57,814 bases of DNA from positions 570,943 to 628,756 of the forward strand of contig RHPI01002438.1 of assembly GCA_009103225.1 (NCBI GenBank). The letters run 5' to 3'. Position 1 is the first letter of the stretch, and every line of letters starts with the position of its first letter. Origin of the DNA: Chlorokybus atmophyticus. Its lineage: Eukaryota > Plantae > Mesostigma and Chlorokybus algae. This document shows positions 47,836-57,814 of the stretch, one piece after another. The translations under genes and the position numbers were made by a program. The notes below the pieces were generated by a model. It was given only the letters and a program-made list of their open reading frames with translations, was not told the DNA's origin and did not search any database.

Positions 47836-48561
47836 TTATGCAGACATGGCACATCGATTTCTTGCAACAGGGCGTCTCCCCATTCGCTGGGGGGGGGGGG
47901 GCTCTTCAATGCGACAAATCAGCACACATGGTGCACGCGGGTGTGCAAGCTGCCTCTGCCACCAAACTCTGTTATCGCGTTGCAGGCGTAGCCACTCCCA
48001 TCTGAAAGGCGCAGCATAACGCTCCACTGCCTGCTTGATCACCTGTTGCCCATCTGCCGCCATACACCACCTGCTGGTCTTGGTGGTCTCGTCCAGCATG
48101 CGTTCATCCAGGCCCTCGACATGGCTGTCGTCACTCGTGTACTCCCCCGCATCGTCATTTTCTTCGAGCTTCCACAGAATCAGCTCGACGTGCCGTATGA
48201 CATACAGCCACTGCCAGCCAAAGCATGCCAAGTACATCTCGAATGGTTTTACTTGCCACCCAGTATGTTTGCTCAGGTAGTGGCACACATCTCGACCCGC
48301 ATCAGTCGACATCGACAGGTACATCTGCTGCAGCAGGTCGAAGTTCTGTTCCGCGGATAGCTCTTGCACATTGCCGGGTTGCTGCGGCAGCAACAACACC
48401 ATCATATCGAGGACGGCGAGGGGCAACGACGTACTACAGATGGCCATATCGTGTATGGGTTCCAACCACGGCCAATCCCCAGAGGTCTGTTTAGACCGCA
48501 CTCTCCGCGTTTGCTCCCACTTATTGCATACTTTTGTCACCCACCTCGAGGCATGCCGCAT
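47836..48561 (-). CDS. Hypothetical protein (241-aa ORF)
   Basis: Protein-like composition with an acidic patch. No recognised family. Confidence 0.35.
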   Translation of the reverse strand: MRHASRWVTKVCNKWEQTRRVRSKQTSGDWPWLEPIHDMAICSTSLPLAVLDMMVLLLPQQPGNVQELSAEQNFDLLQQMYLSMSTDAGRDVCHYLSKHTGWQVKPFEMYLACFGWQWLYVIRHVELILWKLEENDDAGEYTSDDSHVEGLDERMLDETTKTSRWCMAADGQQVIKQAVERYAAPFRWEWLRLQRDNRVWWQRQLAHPRAPCVLICRIEEPPPPQRMGRRPVARNRCAMSA

Positions 48562-49146
48562 GCGGTGATGCAGCGCGTCTTGGGCGTATTGTAGGGCGAA
48601 TAACTCCTTTGCACTACGAGTTAGCCCCTCTGCGCGTCGGTGCTTTGAGCTTAGGCAGCACGTGCCGCACCGGCTGTCTCTCCGAACGATGCTGAGCAGC
48701 CACTTGACGCTATAAACCCGCCTGTGCCTACTCAGGACACACAGTCAGCCCCAGTGAGGCTTCAAGGCGCTGTGCTTCTTCTAACGTTGTAACGATGCCT
48801 CACTTCTTCTTTTTTGGTCCTGTCAGCGTCCTTTGTTCCAACAACCTCCCTTTTTTTTTTTTGGTCAACCTGCACATCCTGGCAGGCGCTTCCCGTGGCA
48901 CTGTTACTCAGATGAGGTAAGGCGTTATCTTCTTACTTCACAGCCTTGCGCTTGTTGGTTGCCTCCCGTTCCTTCACGACCTCATGTTGCTTCATGAGGT
49001 CGAGCATGAAGCCTTTGTCTTTCAGCGCAGCTTTCATGACACCTCGATCAATCTTTTTACCAACAAAACAGGCTGGGATCAATGTGGCAAGCTTAGAGGG
49101 AGAGGGCGAGCTACAGCTGCTTCTCGATGGAGATGCCTCCGGATGG

Positions 49147-50094
49147 TCAGAGTGCGGTGACAAGTGAGTCTCCGCGGCAGGAAGGGATGGGTGCTGAATT
49201 GGGATTGCGAGCATATGGCTGTGGTTGAGGGGAGGCAGGATGTGCAGAACACTTGGCTACTTCTTGCCTAGCACACGAAGGCGAGGCCTGAGGCGTTGGC
49301 GCAGCACTCTGGGTCACAGCCGGTGGTAGCGGGGAATTGGCAACGCCATTCCGCCACTTTCCGATCAGGCGTGTAACCTCCGGTGGCACTTCATGCATAG
49401 GCCACGACCACTGTTCGGTGCTTGCAGGCGTGAGGAGCCAAAAGTGTGCTTCTGGCTCATCAGGAGCAGTGTTGCCCACCACCAGGGCTGAGTTGGGGGC
49501 TTCTTTATTTCCAACCCAAACTGCGCTGCCGGGCCGTGGCACCCACTCCCCATGCTCGCGCTGAACGGTCACGCAGCCAATCAACAAGCCCAGCTTGTTG
49601 GCAAACATGGTCATTTGCAAGTGCTCGACGTACACATCTTTTTTTCGCACGATCTATCGCACCTTGGCCATGGCTAGGTCAATGTTGCAATTGACATCAG
49701 CTAACATGGTCGCAGGCAGTTTGTCGTAATACTGCGCCATCTTTCCCGCGGCACCAGTGGCTCTGCAGAAGTCTAAGATTCTGCTCGCCACGCCTGCAGC
49801 GACAGCCTTGGCGGTGATTTTGCGGAAAGTGTGCCCCTTGCCGTCGTCGTCCATGGTGTCTAGCATGGCCCAAAATCTGCTCGAGCTGGGGCACTTGTGA
49901 TCATCCAGGACACTTTGCGCTATGGATGGCCTGGCGCAAAATACAAAATGGTAGAAGCAATTACCATCCGTTGGCGCATTGAAATGGTCCCATGAGGCGA
50001 GCTGGCCACCTAGCATAACTGATAGCCGTATGCGGATTGCGGCCAGCTTCTCTGATGACTCGCTGACAGGTGGTGACCCCTGCTGCATGCGCAT
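49147..50094 (-). pseudogene. OTU-like cysteine protease domain split by one in-frame TAG (49656-49654)
   Basis: APTDGNCFY (Cys box), EHLQMTMFANKLGLLIGCV and AHFWLL (His box) lie in the same frame. Confidence 0.6.
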
Positions 50095-52455
50095 ACATCA
50101 CTCATATGGTGTGTCCAACTATGGACGGCAAGAGTCACAGTGACTGATAAAGTACCTGAGTTTGGGGCAGACTGCCGGCTTTAACTTGTAGCGGGTGGGG
50201 TAAGGTAGGTGCAGAAGCCACATCGGTTGTTGCATTGTGCTGTAGTCTCGCCGGTGGTGGCAAGAAGGATTGCCCCGCAATCACCGGTGCTGCTCGTGGA
50301 GGAGATGGCCGTGCATGAAGGACTGGTGCCGCGGAAGGTGGTTGCGCTCTGGCTGCGAGGGGTGCAGGAGCTGCAGGTGAGACCACTTGTGCATGCAGCA
50401 AGGGGGGCTGTATACAGGACCCAGGATAACATGGCTCACAATGTTGCAAAGGACGAATATAAGCTTATGCAGTGCTTGACGCATTGTTACCAAGGCACGA
50501 GCATAATAGACAGCGACTTACCTCAATGGCCCGTGGGCTGCATGGAGCAGGGGAAGCCATGAGGGCTGAGAAGGTGGTATTGGATGCACTCTCCCCGCCA
50601 CCCTCGATCGCAGACTCGTCACGGAGCTCGTGAGCCATGGGCACATCATGCGCCACTGCCCCAATGGACATGTCGGGATTCAACAGGCCAACATGCATGT
50701 TAAACTGATGCCGCATTGCCGCCGCGCCCATCAGCAAGTGGGATTGAAGGACCAGTTGATGGGATTGAATCCAGGCTTGCATAGGAGCTCCAACAGGACC
50801 TAGTGCACTGTGGTGCTGTCAACCAATCACATGTGGGTTAGCTGCATGCTTGTGACATTGGAATTGCAATAGTCAACTGCGTCACACCGTCATCAGTTGG
50901 TTGCTTCAAACAGTCACCTGCGGCATTGCTGGTTGATGCACTATTAGTTGAATGCCGGACGAATGGCCACGCGCTCCTGTGCTCAAACCCAGCCTACTTC
51001 GTTCGGCACGCGCGCGCGACTTCGCACGCTCACGCACATCCTAGCATGCAAAGGTAGGCATGCATTGGAGGTGCATGCAGTCAACATGCACAGCGAGATT
51101 GGCAACAACAAACCGCCGCCCAGCTCTGTCTATCTGCTCTGGCTTCCGCAATGTCGGCTTGACTGTAGGGTGGGTATGGGTGAATAGTGGAGGCCTGCAG
51201 CCACGCTACATATATCACATGGACTGCGCTACAAAACAAATTGCTCTTGCAAGGAAATGCATGTAACTGTTAAGCGTACCTCTGCATTCCTTTGTGCTTG
51301 TTCCCACAGCCGCAATTGGTCCCGCAAGGTTTCGACAAGGGGCTCTAAGGGCTGCATCTCCTGATCCACTCCTTGTTGCAAAAAGCGAGCCACCAAACAG
51401 CTCTCTGTGTGAAGATGGTCTTTAATGGCTTGCCTGCTGGTTTGGCCAATGTTGGTGATGCATGTTGGACAGCCCTATTGTTGACGCCTGCCATGATCCA
51501 TGACGTGGCGCCCGGTAGTAGCTGGCTTCGCTGCTTGAACTCTTACGACCACAACTTCTCGCAAGATGTGACACGCCGCCGCCGCCGCCGCCGCCTCCGA
51601 CTCCTGGTCCTCCGCCTCCTAGTCGAACCCAGGCCCACTATGCCTGACATTCGACCCGTCATCGACCTGGTGCCCCTGCGTGCCATCATCCGGCCATCAA
51701 TGACGCGTGTTTGGGTGAGTGCACGCTAACTCCCATTTGGGCTGATCGAGCAATGCCTCCGTCGTACCATGGATGGTACGACAGAGCCATTGTACGGCAA
51801 TGGCTGGGGTTGGACGAGAGATGCCTCTGTCGTACCATAAATGTTACGACACAACGATTGTTACCAATGGTTGTACGAAGCATGGATGGCACGAATGCAT
51901 AAGTCATACCATCAACCATAGGAGCAAGGATGCACTACAAGTGCGACTCTAGTGCGGGACACTAGACGTTTAAAACCGCCTCATTTTCGTTTTCGCGCCT
52001 CGTACATTCGGGTGGGCACACCGGCGACGGCAGCGTTGGAGGCGGCAGCGCCACTATCAGCTAAACAGGCGGCACCCGACTATCAGTTAGAGAGATGCCT
52101 CGTGGTCCATCCGTAGGTGCACCTCGTCGTGGAGGTCGGCGCTAGTTGTCCACATTTGCCCCCAGTGTTCAACCAGGCAACCGTCGCCAACCAATTGCAG
52201 CAAGACCCCGCACTAACGCCCAGCACATCACAACAACTCCACCTGACACCGCAGTCGCAAGGGCAAGCTAGACTGCATGCATTCTTGATGCACTGTGCAC
52301 GTTGCTTCTTGCTCAACTTCTAACTTGGATGCTTGCTTTTTTCAGGACTAGCACAGTGACTCACTGCATGCGCTTTGGATACACTGTGCACGTTGTTCTT
52401 CTTTCGCAACTGTGAGGGTTGCATCTTTGATGGCTGGCAGCATGACTCATGTGGT

Positions 52456-53936
52456 TGTACTTGCAGAGGGTCGATTGGAACCCCCAACCCAAACGCATTT
52501 GGCCGTGACGTGGCAACCTCGGCCATCAGCAACCCTTCCCCAAGCAAGTGGAAGATTGGCAACGAGGTAAACACTGTGTGACACTGTGTGTATGTGTGTA
52601 TCCGATTGTTCTTCTGTGGACAGCATTTGCGAGATGCCGTCGTTGAAATCATAAACGGCCACTGGGTAGAGAGCCACGTTTATCCCAAGGAGGACACTAT
52701 TCGTAACGTCATGTGTCAGGTGCTGTAAATACTTCATGACCGCATTACACCGTGACACTAACCGGACTGCCCGTGACAGGTAATTGGCTTCAACCATGAC
52801 GACGAGGCCGATGCGGCCAAGTTCTATGAGGTGTATTGGACTCCCAAGGAGTGCCCCTTCCACTGGAGTGTCACCTTGAAGAAAGCTACGCAGGTCCGGT
52901 CTGAGAACGTCACCAAGACCAAGCATGTCCTTGAGAAGGAGTACAAGTGGACACTGTTTAACAGCAACAAGCGCAAGTGAGTTGGGTCCCTCACCACCAT
53001 GTCTGCTATGCAACACTGCCTTCTTACTCAGTCTCCATACACACGTACTCATCTCGCCTATTATAATCGATTCAATCAGGCACATCGACGCCCTAATGGA
53101 CCCCGAGACCCAAAAAGCCCAGATGCGCAACGCGCTCCAAAGTAAGTCAATGGCACTATTCTAGCCTGGTGCAGGCTCAACTTGAACTATCTATATTGTG
53201 ACTAATGCCTTGTTGGACTGATTGTCGCAGACAAGTTATGGCGGAGATTGGAGGTGACCGACACTGCAGACCCGGAGCGGAGGAGATACATCCATGAATG
53301 GGGCAATCCCATAATTTGGCAAATGATCGTGCAATGCTGGTCTTACGCCGTCACTACACCTGGTCACCGGCAGCTGACAGTCCACCTCGCATACCTGTTG
53401 CTTACGGTGAGCACTCTGAACTTCATCATTAGCAATTCAGGAATGCTGTAGCCTCAAACTACAGGCTTGCAGACGCGTTGCAGTGAATAGTGGCTTTCGA
53501 TGCCACTAAGACATGCCTGTAAACTACGCAGGTGGAGCGCATCTTGAAGGGCAAGGATGGAGACCCTCTCCTAGCTGCCAGCATAGACACACATGAAGAG
53601 TACCGCAGCGAAATCATCACCATGATCATGTCAATGAAACGGGAGATGAGGCAACGGTACGCAGCCCTCCAGCCATTCACCCTTGTGAAACGCCGCACTG
53701 CATCTTGTGTCGAATACCTGAAAGATCCCAATTGGCGCCGGCCGCAAGAGACAGCAGCTCGTGACCCGCTCCCTGAGGCAAAAGCGGCATTTGATTGGCA
53801 CAACCGTTTGAGGAGGAAGAGCAAGCTCCGGTGTCTCCTCCACAGGCCCCAGTGCGTGGTGCTTTGTTTCATGATGACGAGCAAAGCGATGATGGAGAGG
53901 AGCTGTAGCGCAGTTGGTAGTCCGTTTAGCTTGTAG
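52456..53936 (+). CDS. Unknown multi-exon gene
   Basis: Successive GT-AG-bounded open segments: QHLRDAVVEIINGHWVESHVYPKED; VIGFNHDDEADAAKFYEVYW; HIDALMDPETQKAQMRNALQ; RRYIHEWGNPIIWQMIVQCW; VERILKGKDGDPLL... Confidence 0.4.
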
Positions 53937-54269
53937 TGTACATAGCTACAAGGGTCTTGTGACTGAGTGTTGTGCATTTTAAACCAGCTCAGTCGATCGT
54001 CATTATGCTCATGCATGTCAATACTTGCATCCCTATGATATACAACAGAACTGCATTCAAGTCACATAATTGAACTACAAGCCTTGGCAAGTGACGAAGA
54101 GACACTGTACACATTTCAGGTACATGTACACAGCACAGGCACATAAAAATGCTGGCTGTCACTGACAGTCGCGTGTAGTCAAGCTATGCAAAAACATATG
54201 TCGACAGTTAGGCATTAATCACCTTCAGTTGTTAAAGAATGCCTTATTTTGTCGATTATTACCTAGTTG

Positions 54270-54620
54270 GTGCTTGTGAATTAGGCTTAGTCGCATGCGC
54301 TGGACTGGTGTGTAACCTGGAGGTGCCTGTCACATAGGCTGAGTCACCTAAGTATGACTAATGTGTAATTTGCAAGTGCCTGCTAATTAGGTTTAGTCAC
54401 CTGTTAAGGCCTGATGTGTAACTTACAGGTGCCCGTTGATTAGTTGTAGTCACCTAAAAAGGCCTGATGTGTAACTAACAGGTGCCTGGCTATTATACAA
54501 AGCCACCTGTTAAGGCCTGGTGTGTAACCTACAGTTGCCTGTTAAGGCTTGATAGGTAACTGACAGGCGCCTGTTAATTAAGCATAGTCAACTGTTAAAG
54601 ACTAAATTGTAACAAAAAGG
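54270..54620. repeat. Degenerate minisatellite, about 50-bp unit (tagtcacctgttaaggcctgatgtgtaacttacaggtgcc)
   Basis: Roughly six recognisable copies, read directly. Confidence 0.75.
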
Positions 54621-55169
54621 GCCTAATAGTAACGGAAGTTACTATAAGGTCCCTGTATCAAGATTACAGGTGGACTGAGCCACGACAGTCTAAATTAGTG
54701 TCCTCAGGTGCACGGCCGTTGCCAATATTTAGCCGGCCGGCAGGGAAAACATATTGCGACGAATGCGAATCAGTCTTGCTTGCACTTCATAATTTGGTGA
54801 CCCTTTTTGCTACAGTCATAATCAAAGTTCATGGCTTGGCTCCAACTATTCTGTTTGTTCTGGAGCTTTTGTCGTGGCATGTAGGAATTTAAAGTTGCCC
54901 GATCATAAGTGCCTTGGGTTTCCATTTCGCACCGCGGCAAAGCCTTGTGTTATTGCTTTTTGCATGAAGCACACGCACAGAGGCTCTTTAATTTGGAACA
55001 TCTAAAGCTTGACTCACCTAGTCTCAAATTAAATTGTTCGCCTCGCTGTCTTGCCATCATATTGCCCCGTCTCTGGGTATTTATTGATCTCAAGCAAGTT
55101 TCAGATAGGCTGACTTGACTCAAAATGAAATCGATCAACACAATCCTGTGAGGAAAGGTGTTGATATGT

Positions 55170-56760
55170 TTGTAAACGACCACATGTCGCAGCATGGTAA
55201 CACGGCCATGTCACAGCACAGCCAGCACAAATATTGTTGATCAGCGCATATGCATTGCCTGACAGCTAAGCTTGCAATCATAATGGTGGCTTGCACACAA
55301 ATGGCACATGACCAAAACCGCTGTTCCTCAGAAAATAATCCATGCGCAACAAGATGCTCACCTTCAACAGCCACCGTGGTGAACAGCACACTGCCTCTTG
55401 GGGGTGCTTGTTAACAGTAGAGTGGCAACTGTACTCTTCTGAGTACTTATACTCTGTCAAATACGGAAAATGTGGAAAAAGTATCACGCTTTGTGCAACA
55501 TGCTTTGTGCAACATGTACTCAAAATTTCCATAGGTTATATAAAAATTCAATTGCTTAGATTTATTGGCAACAAATGGAGCACCCCCGGAGTTTCAAACC
55601 ATACCATCATTGTCAGCTCATGATCCAGTGTGTAAACGTGAAGAGCACATGTCATTTCAAGCATATAAAAGGCAAGTGGTCTTGCAATAACATTAATGCA
55701 TGCTAACAAGCATATACCCGGTATATGAGATTCATTAACACGCTCGTATTTCGGTTGGTGGCGTTGATAGTTGATAATACCATGGCACGCGCAGGCCCGA
55801 GCTGTATACCCACAGGCACATTACTATTGCTTACAGAACACTTGTATGTCAATTGACTTGACCATGAATCTTCACATTTCTACACATCATACGAAATGCT
55901 CTCGTTAGAGGGTGTGGTTTTTGGAGCAGCTTTAATGTAGCATGTTTCCGAAAGTTCATTGTAACAGTACCTATTTGAGTTACAGTACCGGCCAGCCTAG
56001 TGTTTAAGGCACTGCGGAGCTTGCTACGCGAAAAGCCGTGTTTGCTCAAGACCGCGCGAGGTGCTTGCACGATAAGTTTTGATACATTTGCCACAAGCGG
56101 GTTACTCGCAAGTGTCTGCCAATCTAGCTGAACCATATGCAACTCTCTGATTTGTTGTTCTATGCGCAGCAACACTTCAGTTTGCATAACACAGCACTGG
56201 CTCTAGCAACTTCCGCCTCCTCTGATTTTGCCGCCCACCTGCAGCCTGCGAGCTACGGCGGACAGCTTGCTCTATGTCACATCTAGTACAAGCTAAACGT
56301 GCGCATGAGGTCAAGGAAGCTGAACGTGCGCATGAGGCTGGCACATGCCTAGCTACTTGCCAAGTGACTCTTCACGCATACACATACAGCTGACAAGATC
56401 AAACCACTAGCACTGCTGTGTTGCATCCGTGCCATTTGCCGCAGGACTCTGCATCAGGCTGTTTTACCAACAGCAGCAACTAGTGCAGTCCACCGCACGC
56501 AGCCACATGATGCATGTGTATGATGTGTGAGCACATGACCGCATGCTGGCAGACGCCGACAGTGTCAGCGCTTAACCAATTGACTCGGTCTTAGCTTCGC
56601 ATCTTGTCGACAGTCGGCACACGCTTCATGTCGTCACACATATGATGTTCCTTGTTAACACTACTGAGGGTGTGGGCGTGCACTGTGAGGGAGGACGGGG
56701 TGAGGGCGCGGGCGGGGGCGGGGCAAACGTGCGCCTTCAAGTTAGGGTTTTGCCTGCTGT
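55170..56760. repeat. Further diverged copies of modules at 5.5-5.8 kb and 15.5-16.5 kb
   Basis: Shared strings such as acatgtcgcagcatg, ctcaccttcaacagccaccgt, cacatgaccgcatgctggcagacgccgacag and caagttaggg...tgcctgct. Confidence 0.7.
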
Positions 56761-57738
56761 GCCTTTTGTAACGGGGATTGTCTGTAGCCGTTAAAACATG
56801 ACGGCGGCGGGGCTCAAGCCTTAAACCCTACGCTTAGGAACACACGTCTTAACAAATAGGTAGCTCTGGTTACAGCCCGGCGATTAGACGGCCCGCGGCA
56901 TCCATCCGCCGTTTTGTCTTGGAGTTGACTCACTTGGAGCTCAGCCTCAGCTCCGCGGTGGCGGCCACCGCCTGTTACACTATCATAACAAGATGATAGC
57001 TAATAGGCATGTGTCCGCTTCGCCTCAACCTCTTCTTTGTGCTCAAGTTGAATCAAAGTGTTTCGCCTGCTTGCAGCTGCCTGGTGGGCGGTGTGCATGT
57101 ATGTTTGACTGTGGGCGGGCGGGCGGGATGCGATGTGTCTGGTACACGTGTCTGCCTGTTGCAGCGCAATCCAACGCATCAACAATATGCGCAATGCATG
57201 CATGCATGTGCGCGTGCCTGCAATGTGTGCACAAAATTTGCATTCGAGTGATTGCGGCATACATGCATATGTGTGCACGTTCGGGTACAAGTGTTGCGTA
57301 AGTATGTTATCGACAGCGCCTAACGGTGTGGTGAAAACGTTAACAAACACGGTCAATGCATGATTGTAACTCCATCATCATAAAGACATATAGTCTTAAA
57401 ATACGCGTTTAGGTAAGTTGCATGCGGGGTCACCCAACTCGGCATAAAACATGCCAAGCCGGTTCAAGCCAAGTTGGCACCACCAAGTTGGTGGAGGAAA
57501 AGCTTTTGCTAGCATGCATACCATGCGCTAGTAGATGCTGACGTCATTGAACATGATGATCAACATTACAGAAGATTAGACCGCATCCTCGAGCGGTCGC
57601 GCCAATTGCACCTTTAAAGCTTTAATGTACAGGAGGATGGACGATGCTCTACACGAGAATGGTTCGTGTATTATGCCTCTTGTTTATCATGATCGAGCAC
57701 AGTGGGCAGTGATGTGTCCATTGCGCAAACCAAGGTAG

Positions 57739-57798
57739 CCCAATCAGCTGCCGCAGCTGATTGGGAATTTAAACAATGGGGCCATTGTTTAAATTCCC
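57739..57798. other. Two overlapping perfect inverted repeats (13 bp and 17 bp)
   Basis: cccaatcagctgc-c-gcagctgattggg and gggaatttaaacaatgg-gg-ccattgtttaaattccc share ggg at 57763-57765. Confidence 0.9.
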
Positions 57799-57814
57799 TC
57801 CCTACACCCACTTC

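Noticed and set aside
51373-51729. GLANVGDACW resembling a USP Cys box
   Set aside because: No further USP motifs follow and the frame runs into a GCC microsatellite.
51944-51970. TAGTG/CACTA as CACTA element ends
   Set aside because: No matching TIR or TSD was found at the other side; it reads as a short palindrome (tctagtg-cggga-cactaga).
52447-53130. 227-aa minus-strand ORF, considered as a TET/JBP cargo gene
   Set aside because: No HxD...H dioxygenase pattern, and the plus strand has better exon structure.
1-57814. CRISPR arrays, rRNA, intact tRNA genes, prokaryotic operons or giant-virus core genes
   Set aside because: None recognised. The repeats lack unique spacers and the only tRNA-like sequence is degenerate.

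Overview
Intron-rich, repeat-rich eukaryotic DNA from a green plant. The ubiquitin protease, villin, chromomethylase and TIR-NB-ARC sequences are plant-like, and the DNMT-bearing retrotransposon hints at a non-seed streptophyte or alga (inference; the species cannot be read from the sequence). From left to right: (1) 4.8-18.6 kb, a patchwork of duplicated modules containing an apparently intact multi-exon chimeric gene (minus strand, 15225-8453): coiled coil, USP7/UBP12 C-terminal UBL block, Ser/Thr-rich linker, second UBL block, Ser/Thr/Pro-rich linker, villin headpiece, with no protease domain. (2) 20.4-24.0 kb, a hydrophobic-leader TIR-NB-ARC-TIR gene followed by a dead NB-ARC copy. (3) 27.85-30.38 kb, pointing the opposite way, a lipase-less EDS1/PAD4/SAG101-type EP-domain gene with an N-terminal hydrophobic helix. 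It is split by a 1.87-kb CACAC-ended element with a 3-bp TSD and can be rebuilt by removing that element. (4) 30.6-37.8 kb, a decayed Ty3/Gypsy element carrying a Dnmt3-like C5-methyltransferase. (5) 38.8-40.4 kb, a chromomethylase pseudogene fragment. (6) about 42.9-52 kb, a Plavaka/CMC-type transposon region: decayed transposase, an OTU-like ORF and an intact spliced gene fusing a Cys/His-rich domain and a Tudor domain to a phage/bacterial-type C5-methyltransferase. (7) 52-57.8 kb, an unknown multi-exon gene, a minisatellite, more copies of the left-hand modules and a double cruciform. All family assignments come from motif recognition by eye; no searches were run.
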